Below are positions 13,231 to 25,995 of a DNA stretch of 64,000 nt, piece by piece. The DNA is taken from NCBI GenBank assembly GCA_951406725.2, contig OX597823.1:81158001-81222000 (forward strand), read 5' to 3'. The notes under the pieces are model-generated. The model saw only the letters and a program-made list of their open reading frames with translations, was not told the origin of the DNA and searched no databases. Made by a program: the position numbers and the translations under genes. The stretch comes from Octopus vulgaris (Eukaryota). The stretch's first letter is position 1; each line of letters opens with the position of its first letter.

Positions 13231-14189
13231 TTTTAATTATTTCGCTAAGCACGGGAAACTACTTGGTACATGCTTTGGTATTATTATGGCCTCATCAGCG
13301 AAGCACAGACTAAACTGTATTTGCTCAAACAGTAATGAGAACATTACACTTGTACAGGATTGTACAGTAGTTGGCGTAGACATCTCGTAATGTTTAGAGA
13401 ATAAACACAGAGTCGCTACTCGCATGAGAAGTTCGGTTATTTAATGCGGAAGCGTTAAAATGTTTGATAAAACCATTCGGGATGCATTAAACTAGCTTTT
13501 AAAACGAATAGATATATATACATAATGAAGAATATAGACCAATTAATTAATGCTAATTATGTTTATGTTGAAATAATTTTCCTCACTTCTTCCGAGGTGA
13601 TAAAATCTACAGGTGCGAGTCTTTTAAACCCAGTCACCATTATCTTAAACAAGAAAACAACCTAGTTATTAACTCTTGTCGGAGATTTGCAGGAAAACGG
13701 TTAACACAGCATGTTATATATATATATATATACAAATAACAGATTTACAAAATATAGCCAATGAGCTGCAGACATTAAAATAAAACAATTACTACCAATT
13801 AAGACGTATTTTGCCCAATAGAATACTGCATATAAACTAATACAGTCTCAACTTGTTTTAAACACCCAACTCAATCCGTGGCCCTCTGACAGCTTAACCT
13901 TTTCGATACAAATAAATAATAAATGCTGAGAAATCTTCAAGCTTCGTTAAGAAATATGTTATCTAATAAGGATTCCGGACTTGCTTAATTTCACTTGCGT
14001 CAGTGAAAAAAGCAAAATTAAAATTAAATTAAAACAGTCTCCATTAATGCTTCTTTGGCTAAACATCCTGTAAGCTTCTTCTAAACCAGTGCATGATTTC
14101 TTTTTATATCTATATAAGAAATTATACTTTCATTTAAACGAATGCAAGATATACGAAAAACTGAAAAGGCATCGACAGCACCGTACTTT

Positions 14190-14254
<65 letters not shown>

Positions 14255-14358
14255 ACATCAAGTCAGGAGGTTTGAGAGATGAATATTTATTTATCCACTG
14301 TGTGTGTGTGTGTGTATTTGGAATGCGTATCATTTCGACACAAATAAATAAATAAATA

Positions 14359-14433
<75 letters not shown>

Positions 14434-14618
14434 ATGTATAATCATGATGAAATCAGTTACTAATGTTTCTGACTGCAGCTGTTTATAATAATAATAATAA
14501 TAAACAGTGACATTGGTTGTCATTTACACTGCAAAGCAATATTTATTTATTTTTTTTATTTTGACTAGGTTCAAGGCCAGGCTTGGCAAACGATGTCACA
14601 TATACATAAATACACACA

Positions 14619-14654
<36 letters not shown>

Positions 14655-14946
14655 TCCTTTGTAGAATTCGAACTCAGGATGTAAGGAGAACGAGAGACAA
14701 AAGTTAACGTAGCATCTATTCCGTCGCTCTTTAAAAATAAAAATATATATATGTCAAGTCGCCCGTCATATCATTCAACGACGCAGAAAATGATTTTCAT
14801 ACAATATTCACTGTTTACATCAACAGGGAAGAAGGGAGATGGGATGATGAAAGCACAGCGAAATAAACAAAAAATAAATCTCAGATCTGCCTGTTACTTA
14901 CATAATACAGGACATATATATATACACAGACATAACATCATGAGCG

Positions 14947-15236
14947 TTATATATATATTACATAGGTAATACATATATATATATACATACATATATATAC
15001 ACACATATATATACACATACATATATATACACACATATATACACACACATATATATACACACATATATACACACACATATATATACACACATATATATAC
15101 ACACATATATACACACACATATATACACACACATATATACACACACATATATACACACATATATACACACACATACACATATATATACACACATATATAT
15201 ACACACATATATATACACACATATATACATACACAC

Positions 15237-15287
<51 letters not shown>

Positions 15288-15689
15288 CACACATATATAC
15301 ATATACATATATATACACACATATATACATACATATATATACACACATATATACATACATATATATACACACATATATACATACATATATATACACACAT
15401 ATATACATACATATATATAGACATATATATATACACATATATATACACACATATATATACACATATATACACACATATATATACACATATATATATATAC
15501 ATATATATACACACACACATATATATATATATACATATATATACACACATATATATATATATACATATATATACACACATATATACATACATACATATAT
15601 ACATACATATATATAAACATATATATATACATACATACATATAAACATACATACATATAAACACATATATATGTGTGTGTGTGTGTGTC
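14947..15689. repeat. Compound (TA)n/(CA)n microsatellite, about 740 bp
   Basis: Pure alternating purine-pyrimidine ATAT/ACAC; explains the three long Y/I/C/V/M ORFs. Smaller (TA)n/(TG)n runs at about 14190-14250 and 14357-14440. Confidence 0.97.
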
Positions 15690-15799
15690 AAAAGAAAAAT
15701 AAATAAAACGAAAATAAACGATAGTTTTTAGCGAATGCTTAAAGAATAATTCTGTTGACTACTTACCAGATGGGTGCAACTAAATGTTTTGCAAGCCAG

Positions 15800-16050
15800 C
15801 GAGGGAACCTCTACGTTGTCGCTCGAACGGCTAGAAATAATAGCAGCCAAATCTCCCTCAAAGAAATCACACACACACCCTAATCCGTCTTAGAAAAGGA
15901 CACGTTGGACAATGTGTTGTTTCTGGGTTCCCTGCACAGAGGAAATAAAAATAAAAAAGACTTAGATGGTCACGGTTTGAAATGACTTTGAGCGTAGGTC
16001 TGCTCAATCGGGGACTAACCTATGGCTAAGCAACAACAACGACGACAACA
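15800..16050 (+). mobile_element. Interspersed repeat family H (SINE/LINE tail-like, ends ctaa(a/g)caacaac)
   Basis: ctagaaat..agcagccaaatctccctcaaa...gatggtcacgg...ggtctgctcaatc; homologues at about 18020-18278(+), 7885-8090(-), 16985-17100 and 17240-17470(-). Confidence 0.7.
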
Positions 16051-16377
16051 GTAAATTATTTGTCATGGAATGTTATTTAGACATACCATTTCTTAAAAAA
16101 AAAAACAGTTGATGAAACCAGCCAAGCAAGCTCGCCTTTTTTATTTATGTTGTACGACAGTCGCAATTAGGTTCGTTGGTAGTGTCGTAAAATACGAAAA
16201 GTAAAAAGGAAAAAAAAACAATCGAATCCGAAAGACGCTTTGACACTATTAACAATATTATTTCATTTTCTGTTACACATCAGTTTCTTTATAAACAAGG
16301 GTTTCTGAGAATAAAAAAATATTTTTTATTTTGATTATATATATATATATATACATACATACATACATATACACACA

Positions 16378-16410
<33 letters not shown>

Positions 16411-16621
16411 ACTCACTCACTCACACACACATATATAAACTTACACCTCCCCCACACGTATGTGTGTAGGTTTATGAGTACATATATGTTGAGTACATGG
16501 TTTGCATGCATATTTTATTATTTTTGTGTACGCGTGTGTTTGCATTTGTGTTTGTGTGCGCGACTTCCCTTGTTTTCGTTTTTCCCTTCCTATAAATTAA
16601 CTCTTCCTAAACTTTTGTTCC

Positions 16622-16672
16622 TTAGTCCCCGATGAGCCGTAGGCGACACAGAATGTATATTTTTCGGACTAA
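16622..16672 (+). ncRNA. Degenerate type I hammerhead-like motif
   Basis: TTAGTCC-CCGATGA-GCC(GTA)GGC-GACA-...TTC-GGACTAA: 7-bp helix I and 3-bp helix II, with two core substitutions. Confidence 0.45.
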
Positions 16673-16674
16673 CG

Positions 16675-16709
<35 letters not shown>

Positions 16710-18479
16710 TTAAGATTTAATAAGGGTAGAAATTGATATTAATCAATTAAAACCAGTGGCCTAGCATATTAAAAAAAAAAATCTTTGTGGAAAATAGCGA
16801 TTTTGACGTCTATATCTAGCATGTTGACCGTCCACTTTTAGTGGTCAGTCCTTTAAACTTTGTATATATATACATCACACACACTCTTAAAGATCGATAT
16901 GTACTTATTATGTAAAGTGCTGTCGCGATATATTGCAATTTAATTCAGAGATTTAGTTTCCTATGCAAAATATTATTCCGAGCTTCTACTTGACCTGACC
17001 TGCTAAAAATAGCAGGTTGCTTAGCCATAGGTCAGCACCTGATTGAGCAGACCTACGCTCAAAGTTATTTCAACCTGACCTGCTAAAAATAGCAGCTAAA
17101 TCTACCTGGCATTGTGTGCAACTGTTCTCGTCGAGGAAGCACACACTGATATATTTAAAGATCTCCTGGGAAAACGTTTCCGGGAAGAAGTGAAAAAAAA
17201 TGGTACAGAATGCTTACGACTCAATCGTCTTTTTAACATAGACCTGCTTAATAGGAGCTTGCAGCTGTTGCTGTTGTTGTTGCTATAGTTATTTAGCCCT
17301 AGGTCAACAACAAGAAAAAAAAGGCTTTCAGCCACAGATAATTTACCATTTGGGAAATGGTTATGGAGAGCTGGTTTCACAAACCAATAAGAGCCTGTTT
17401 TTTTTTTAAAGACGACAGGCTGTCATTTGACTATTATTTAAACCGGTCAAGTTACCACACAGAAGTTTCCTTAAATTAATAACTATTATCCATTTGTCAT
17501 ATTCGTGACACAAAAGAAGTTTCCTAACCTATAAATTGGTGATATCCGTGAACGAGAGGCCACTGACCACTAAATGACTAACAATTAAAACAAAATATGT
17601 AATTGGCTTTTTTTTTTTTAAATCTACTTTATTTCGGCTAAATGTTCTTTACATTTGTTTTTAATTTTCATTTAAGCCAAGATGAATAAATAAAAACACA
17701 AATACAAAATAAAGGATTCTCCACTTTTTCTTCATTTATTTAATGTAAGAATGACATTTATGAAGTCACAAGTTCTAAATATACAATATGTTTATCTGGT
17801 TTTTTTTAACCCGGGGAAAGGTCAGTAGTAAGAATATGAGATCATGTGAAAAACATGAAATGAAAAGCAGAACAAGGAAGTACTTTAGCTAAAAACAAAT
17901 TACCGTAGTCAGGGAAAAAACGCGTTACGTATATCTTTTTTTTTTTTTTATCATTTTATTTCTGCAACCCTTTTGAGCCGTCTACCTGCAAAATAAAATT
18001 ATTTTCATGCCAAACCAATGAAGGAGCTACTTACGTAATCATTCGACCTGTTAGAAATGGCTCAAATCTCCGTCAAATCGTACCCCTTTAGTCTTAAACG
18101 AGGAAGAACATCATTTAGGGTGAGGTTTCAATTTCTAGTTGAAAACCAGGGATTTGATTGCTTCTGACACATTAAATAATATAGTCTGAGGGTTTCCTAA
18201 AAATACGGGATGGCCACAGCTGGAATGTCTTTGATCATAATTCTCAACAATCAACCTTGACCTGAGGCTAAACAACGATACTCTGCACATGAAGATGTCC
18301 CGCTTCTCCATAATTGAAGACTATTTCCGTAGGACAAAGCTTAATTCTTTAGGAAGAGAACTATCTCCAAATGCCTTATTAGTGGCACGAAATGTTACTT
18401 CAGAGCAACAAAAATTATCATCCAGTCCTTTTTATATATCAGGAGTATATTCTAATGAGTTCTTCTATTCATTTATTAT

Positions 18480-18995
18480 TCATCATCATCATCGTTTAAC
18501 GTCCGCTTTCCATGCTAGCATGGGTTGGACGGTTTGACTGTGGGCTGGCGAACCAGATGGCTGCACCAGGCTCCAGTCTTGATCTGGCAGAGTTTCTACA
18601 GCTGGATGCCCTTCCTAACGCCAACCACTCTGAGAGTGTAGTAGGTGCTTTTACATGCCACCGGCACGGGGACCAGTCAGGCGATACCGGCAACGACCTC
18701 GCTCGAATTTTTTACACATGCCAACGGCACAGGTGCCAGTAAGGCAATGCTGGTAACGATCCCGCTCAAATGGTGCCTCCTACATGCCACCGGCACGGAA
18801 GCCAGTTAGCTGCTCTGGCAATGATCACGCTCGGATGGTGCTCTTAGCATCCTACTAGCACAGGGCACAAGTACCAGTAAGGCAACACTGGTAATGATCA
18901 CACTCAAATGGTGACTTTTATGTGCCACTGGCACAGAAGCCGGTTAGCCACTCTGTCAACGATCATGCTCATATAGTGCTCGTGCCCGTCATCAA
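18480..18995 (-). mobile_element. RTE 3'-UTR-derived repeat (family B) with internal sub-repeats
   Basis: Reverse complement of 4600-4930 with additional ~65-bp sub-repeat units; (CAT)n tail at 18481-18493. Confidence 0.85.
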
Positions 18996-19224
18996 ATTTC
19001 ACTTTGATTTTAGTGTAATTTGATGGAGATTTAGTAACTATTTCTAGCAACTTGAGTGACTATACTTTCACCCTTTGTTGGGTCAACCCAGCAGTTGGTT
19101 ATTTCAAGAATGTACTTCATTTATACTGGTACAAGATTATCAAGTGCTAATTCATTATAGCAAGCAAAATTTACAAGACTGTTATCCTTCGTAACATCAA
19201 CTGAAACCAGTTACATTCACTTGA

Positions 19225-19615
19225 GCCCCATGCTAGTAGGGTATTAAGAGCACCATCCAAGCATGATCGTTGTCAGAGCGGCTATCTGGCCTCTGTGCTG
19301 GTGGCACGTAAAAGACACCATTTGGGCATGATTGTTACCAGCATCACCTTATTGGCACCTGTGCTGGTGGCATGTGTAAAAGATTCGAGCGAGGTCATTG
19401 CCAGTACCGCCTGACTGGCCCCGTGTCAGTGGCATGTAAAAGCAACCACTACACTCTCAGAGTGGTTGGCGTTAGGAAGGGCATCCAGCTGTAGAAACTC
19501 TGCCAGATCAAGATTGAAGCCTGGTGCAGCCATCTGGTTCGCCAGCCCTCAGTCATTCGTCCAACCCATGCTAGCATGGAAAGCGGATGTTAAACGATGA
19601 TGATGATGATGATGA
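19225..19615 (+). mobile_element. RTE 3'-UTR-derived repeat (family B)
   Basis: Ends ...gcggatgttaaacgatgatgatgat; inverted relative to 18480-18995. Other copies at about 5640, 9377, 11695, 23041, 26040, 29660, 36280, 53540 and 60068. Confidence 0.85.
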
Positions 19616-20381
19616 CTACAGTGTTTAGAAACATTAAGCGTTTAAAATTAACTGTTTTTCTGTCATCTTCGTTGCTGTTGCCACCATCATCTGTTACTAT
19701 CTTTTGATGTTGGTATAGTTTACAGAAACAGCTTGTCTTTTTTTTTTTTAATGTTCGTCATACTCTCTGCAAAGTCTAACTTACTTGCAGATTAGTAAAA
19801 TAGATATGAAACAGTTTCAAGTAAAAGAATTTGGCTTAGCCATGGCAATTGTTATCCATTCTCAGAAAACATTTTACAGATTGCTGATTCCAACAAAACA
19901 AGTCACAACCTTTACATTCACTCTTGCTGACCAATACAAACATTTATCTTCAACTCTTTCTATTCAATGTGAAAGCAGTGGACTAACTAATGATTAGGAT
20001 GTTGGTTTCAATTCTCAAGATGCTAGTGAGTTGTTTCCTAGAGAAAGGCACTTCATTTCATGTAATTCCTGTACACTTAACAATAACTGAATTGAATATC
20101 TGTGGAACCAAGGCATTAACCTTGTTTTGGCCTAGTTTCTCATTCGGAGATGAGGATTCATGTACTTTCTGCCTAAATTCCTTGAAAATCCAGATAAGCT
20201 CTGACCTCATGAACCAGAAGTCTTGAGGCAGATTATAAGTTGTTTTTTTACTATTTAGCACATCCTTTGGAACCTACTATCTGCTTGTATAATAATGTCA
20301 GTTTCATGCATAGACAAAATGCTACAAATTTGAGAATAAGGATACAATGAACTCCAATACTTTATTTTATCTTCACCTTAA

Positions 20382-20582
20382 CCCTTTCTTTGAGATGCTC
20401 TGTGTTTCTTTCAATTACTTTAAATATAACAAAGAATTTAGTAAAATAACTTAGTTATCATTAAGTTAGTGTTAGGAACATAAATTGTGACTAAGGTTTG
20501 GTGGAAGATTTTAATTAAAGCCTTATGAAAACAAGACATTTGTACAACAGAGCCAGTTTCAGCTGGGTTGGTAACAAAAGGG
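20382..20582. mobile_element. TTAA-flanked piggyBac-like MITE (family 1)
   Basis: TTAA|CCCTTT ... AAAGGG|TTAA. Confidence 0.7.
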
Positions 20583-20979
20583 TTAAAGAAGAAAAGCTGA
20601 ATTGACTACAACAGCATTTGAACCTGCAACATAAAATGACTGTAGCTAAAAAAAGAAAAGGTATTTTGTCCATTGTCCATTCAATTCTGTCAATCCATTG
20701 GTTGTATATAACAAGGATTTCTAACACAAGAACATTCATCAACAGTTGTGGGGGGTTGTAATTAGTTTAATCAAAATCAGTACATAACTGGTACTTACCT
20801 GGAAAAATGATTGTTGAACTCAGCAGGATGATGTAACAGGACTAACAATAATTCTTTCTAAGTTTGGCACAAGGTAAACAATTTTTAGGGGAGGGGGAAG
20901 TCAATTACATTGACCTCAGTGCTCGACTAGTATTTGTATCATTGACCCTGAAAGGATGAAATGCAAAGTCAACCTTATT

Positions 20980-21215
20980 TTTATTTATTTCTTTACTGCC
21001 CACAAGGGGCTACACACAGAGGGGACAAACAAGGACAGACAAACGGATTAAGTCGATTATATTGACCCCTGTGCGTTACTGGTACTTCATTTATCGACCC
21101 CGAAAGGATGAAAGGCAAAGTCGACCTTGGCGGAATTTGAACTCAGAACGTAACAGCAGACGAAATATGGCTATGCATTTCCCCCGGCGTGCTAACGCTT
21201 CTGCCAGCTCGATGC
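20980..21215 (-). mobile_element. SINE family C, young copy
   Basis: Near-complete, CpG-rich reverse complement of the family, with gtgggcagtaaagaaataa tail. Confidence 0.85.
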
Positions 21216-21698
21216 CTGCAAAATCAACCTTGGAAGCATTTGAACTTAAACTGTAAAAACCTGGAAGAAAGGCCTGCTAAGCATTTTGTCCAATGCGGGA
21301 CCAGTATATTCTTACTACTATAAGCATAAGGCCTGAAATTTTGTGGGGAAGAGCTAGATGATTTTATCAATCCCAGTACTCAACAGGTACTTATTTTATT
21401 GATCCAGAAAGGATGGAAGGCAAAATCAACCTCAGTGGTATTTGAACTGGTTGAAATGCTGTTAAGAATTTTGTCCAGCAAGGCAACAATTCTGCCAGCT
21501 CACCACCTTAAAAAAGGAACGAACTATATTAACCTCATCTGTTTATTCCAATCACCAAAGTGGGTTGAGAAAGGCGAAAAGAGACTGATGTTCTGCTTTT
21601 AATACAATATGTTTACTTATTTAGTGTCCTTATATAAATAGTGTAAAACATAAACAGTTGATTCTTTGTAAACCAATCTGTAATGTTTTTCTAAAAAT

Positions 21699-22077
21699 AG
21701 GTGCAGGAGTGGCTGTGTGGTACGTAGCTTGCTTATGAACCAAATGGTTCCAGGTTCAGTCCCACTGCGTGGCACCTTGAGCGAGTGTCTTCTACTATAG
21801 CCTCGGGCTGACCAAAGCCTTGTGAGTGGATTTGGTAGACGGAAACTGAAAGAAGCCCATCGTATATATGTATATGTATGTATGTGTGTGTATATGTTTG
21901 TGTCTCTGTGTTTGTCCTCCAACATTGCTTGACAACCAATGCTGGTGTGTTTACATCCTCGTAACTTTGCGGTTCGGCAAAAGAGTCCGATAGAATAAGT
22001 CCTGGGGTCGAAATGCTTGACTAAAGGCAGTGCTCCAGCATGGTCACAGCCAAATGACTGAAACAAGTAAAAGAGTA
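21699..22077 (+). mobile_element. SINE family A, full-length
   Basis: aggtgcaggagtggctgtgtgg head to gaaacaagtaaaagag tail. Confidence 0.85.
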
Positions 22078-23246
22078 CACTTTTTTTTTAATGGCTTAAT
22101 CAAACGAGGGAGGGTGATGATAGGAAGTTATTCTCAGACTGGAGACCTCAATCCAAATGACTGCATCAGAATAAAGTTTGCTGAAGGCACTCAAAGGCTA
22201 GGGGTGAGTCTATCTAAAAAGTTTTCTCATCAACAACTCCTGGACATTTTGATCTTGAGTCATAAGACTCATAGGGTCAGTTACCTGGTTTCCATGGAGC
22301 ACAAAATTCCCCCTGAATGGTATGCCAGTCCATCAGAGAATCACTCAATTACAAGTGAGTGGACTGGAGCAACATGAAATGAAGTGTTTTGCTGCACAAC
22401 ACAAAGCACTGCCTGGTCCAGGAAACGAAACTAGTCTTGCAATCATGAGTGTGACACCCTAACCACTAGGCCACACACCAACAGGTTTACTCAATTTTAC
22501 TCAAAGGGATTGAGTTTTTCCCTCTTTTTCCTACTATTAATATTGGCTTCAAACTTTTGGCACGAGGCCAACAAATTTGAAGGATGGGTTAAGTTGAATA
22601 CACCGAACCCTACAATCAACTGGTACCAATTTTATCAACCCTGAAAGGATAAAAGACAAAGTTGACCGTGGCAGAATTTGTGTGCAGAACATAATAATAA
22701 TAATAATAATAATAAAATGGCGGTGCCCCAGCATGGCCACAGCTCATGAGCTGAAACTAGAATCAATCAATCAATAATAATAATAATAATAATAATAATA
22801 ACCCTTTCTACTATAGGCACAAGGCCCGAAATTTTAGGGAAGGGTGCCAGTCAATTAGATTACCCCAGTATGCAAATGGTACTTAATTTATCAAACCCAA
22901 AAGCACGAAAGGCAAAGTTGACCACAGTGGAATTTGAACTCAGAACATAAAGACAGATGAAATTCTGCTAAGCATTTTGCCCAACATGCTAACAATTCTA
23001 CCAGCTCACCACCTTAATAATAATAATAATAATGATAATAATCATCATCGTTTAACGTCCGCTTTCCATGCTAGCATGGGTTGGACAGTTTAACTGGGGT
23101 CTGGGAAGCCAGAAGGCTGCACCAGGCCCAGTCTGATCTGGCAGTGTTTCTACAGCTGGATGCCCTTCCTAACGCCAACCACTCCGAGAGTGTAGTGGGT
23201 GCTTTTTACGTGCTACCAGCACAAGTGCCAGACAAGGCTGGAAAAC

Positions 23247-23282
<36 letters not shown>

Positions 23283-23764
23283 GATGATGATGATGGTGAA
23301 TTTTTTTTGGTACTTGCAACACAATAATTTCAAGATAAGAACTAATGCCACATTGTTTAATCGTACAGATGAAAATAAAAAAAAAACCCCATTAAGTTAA
23401 TGATCCTTCAAGTAGAAGGATCATTAACTGGTAGTACTCCAGAATGGCCAGCATTTAAACCAGCACTATCCAGCTAAAATATCCTACCTGCTCTATGTTC
23501 AAACTGGTCAAATCTGCCCCTCCCCCCCCCCCAATACCTACTCTACATTGTCATTCTAAAAATAAACTATCACATCATCAAAAGCTTGAAGCCACAAAAT
23601 AATGCATAATTAATTCAAAACAATATGACTAGATAAGCATTACATTTGACAGAATAATCTGAGTGCTAAATGGTTAACTGATCGACATTTCACAAAAAAA
23701 AAACAAAAAAAAACTAAGCTTTTCATATTAATATGTTGTGAATTAATTCAACTTTCATAATATA

Positions 23765-24131
23765 CTAGCAGTATTGCCCGGCAGTGCTCGGGTTTGTAAG
23801 GAAAATAACTATATAAGCATTTTTAGAGAGTTATAGCCAAAAAATAGCAAAAAAAATGCATTAAAAATGGAAAAAAAATTATGGTAAATTTTTTTTAAAT
23901 CGTTGACTCATCGTAGACATTTTTAGAGAGTTACTTCCCTTATATAATAGCGAAAAAATGATGGTAAATTATTTTTTAAATCGTAGACGTGCGCTAATAC
24001 CCAGAAGGGCTCGATATGAATCACGACTATAAGATACCCGCTTTTGGTTAAACTGCACCACAAAATGTGGGAGTAGTTAGGAATCTAAACCGTAGGAAAC
24101 AGACACACAACTTCACTTTTATATATAAAGA
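23765..24131 (-). mobile_element. Non-autonomous Helitron
   Basis: On the minus strand: A|TC start, subterminal CCCGAG...CCGGG hairpin, CTAG|T end, no TSD; homologous to 53897-54399. Confidence 0.85.
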
Positions 24132-24202
24132 TTTGCAACTAGTTTTATAAAAGCATATTTTCATTTATTCATATCTATGCCACCTTGGTAATTGTCACTT
24201 AA

Positions 24203-24422
24203 CCCTTTAATAGTCATATTAATTTGGCAAAAATAATCCTTACTTATTCACATTTAAAAAAATTTATCTCATATTATTTTGTAGCTTCAAGAAAGGAAAG
24301 ATGTAATTGCTTATTTTTAGAATGACCTTGCAGAGTAGGTGTAAGATGCTGGTTCTGGCCAGTTTGAGCATAAAATGTGTAGAATATTTGGACTGGATAC
24401 AGCCGGTTTAAACACTAAAGGG
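24203..24422. mobile_element. TTAA-flanked piggyBac-like MITE (family 2)
   Basis: TTAA|CCCTTTA ... TAAAGGG|TTAA; related copies at about 23450-23677, 30840-31043, 35580-35772, 46150-46360 and 60303-60855. Confidence 0.75.
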
Positions 24423-25159
24423 TTAAATACTTAAAGCAACAATAACTTCTTTAGACTTCTTGTATTTTCAACTTCTTTTGGGATAATTCAAACAACTGTT
24501 TCTTGAAAGTTCTGAATTATATCTTTTGATTATAAAAATTCCCACAAGAAAATTAGGCTTGCAAAAGTACAAAATGTATTAAAATTCTGAACTTGTATTG
24601 ACCTATATTTAGATCTTACCATCATATTTCTACAGAAAGACACTAGCAGAATTTGAATTCAGAGCATAAAGACAGATGAAATACTTCTATGCATTTTGCC
24701 TGGAGTGCTAACATTTCTGCCAGCTCGCCACCTTATAATGATGCTCTCTTTTACTTGTTTCAGTCACTTGACTGGAGCCCCGCCTTTAGTCGAGCAAATC
24801 GACCCCAGGACTTGTAAGCAAGCTACTTACCACACAGCCACTCCTATGCCTATGATGTGTATTGAAGGATGTAAATATCATCAAAAAAACTCCAAAAACG
24901 AAAACCTGTGCCAGGCCTTTTATCCAGCTCCCAGAAATTCAGGAATACTGTGCAATATTATACAATATACTGTGCTTTGCATTGAGTAAACACACCCTGT
25001 TTAGCAAGCTGGTTCATTTACATATTTGTTAAAAATAGTTTTGTTTTTTACTTCTTTAAGGGGACTGACAAAGATTAAAAATAATTTGCTTGAAAAGTAT
25101 ATTAATTGTGCCTGTATCTATTAAATAAAATCATGTTCTTTACTTTTCAGTTTTTATAT

Positions 25160-25378
25160 TTTTCATTGCCCACAAGGGGCTAAACATAGAGGGACAAACA
25201 AGGACAGGCAAAGAGATAAGTCGATTACATCGACCCCAGTGCGTAACTGGTACTTATTTTATCGACCCCGAAAGCAAAGTTAACCTTGGCGGAATTTGAA
25301 CTCGGAACGTAACGGCAGACGAAATACGACTAAGCATTTCGCCCGGCGTACTAACATTTCTGCCAGCTCGCCACCTTA
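25160..25378 (-). mobile_element. SINE family C copy
   Basis: Homologous to 20980-21215. Confidence 0.85.
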
Positions 25379-25689
25379 TAAGGCTCCTTTCAATTTGTCA
25401 ACCAAATCCACTCATAAGGCTTAGGTTGGCTTGAAGCCATAGTAGAAGATTCTTGCCCAAGGTACCACACAATAAGACTGGGCTCATGACCACATGCTTG
25501 GGAAGCAAGTTTCTCAACCATACAACCACACCTGCACTTTATATATGTATATATATATATATATATATATCCCACTTCCTTGCCTGCCTCATTCACTCAC
25601 TGTTTTAAGTTTGATCACATGACTAGTATGGACATTATCAAATAAATGTAAAAGCTTTTTGATTAACATGAATTCTTTTATCAAGCAGT

Positions 25690-25995
25690 GGAGGCACATG
25701 GCCTAGTGATTAGAGCAGCGGACTCGCGGTCGAGGGGTCGCGGGTTCGAATCTCAGACCGGACGATGTGTGTGTTTATGAGTGAAACACCTAAACTCCAC
25801 GCAGCTCCGGCAGAAGGTAATGGCGAACTTCTGCTGACTCTTTCGCCACAACTTTCTTTCACTCTTTCCTCCTGCATCTTCCAGCTCACCTGCGACGGAC
25901 TGGCATCCCATCCACGTGGGGAACCTATACGCCAAGGAAACTGGGAAATCGGCCCTTATGAGTCAGGCATGGCTCGAGAAGGAATAAAAAAAAAA
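25690..25995 (+). mobile_element. tRNA-derived SINE family D (tRNA-Arg-like head, V-domain-like 3' part)
   Basis: tggcctagtg A box, ggacTCGcgg anticodon-like arm, ggttcgaatc B box; 3' ctgcgacggactggcatcccatcca; A-rich tail. Confidence 0.8.

Noticed and set aside
13255-13305. Minus-strand CTGATGAGG...CCAAAGCATGTA resembling a hammerhead
   Set aside because: GAAA box absent and helices I and II poor; cannot be distinguished from chance.
14894-15691. Three overlapping 232-265 aa ORFs
   Set aside because: Translations of a TA/CA microsatellite; not genes.
17811-17826. Donor-like AAG/gtcagt at the right edge of the CpG-rich zone
   Set aside because: No partner exon found; such motifs are common by chance.
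19785-19997. 70-aa ORF after ctaac...tgcag
   Set aside because: Branch point too close to the AG, no homology recognised, no linked exons.
25690-25762. tRNA-Arg-like sequence
   Set aside because: It is a SINE head continuing into a repeat body; the acceptor stem is not formed.
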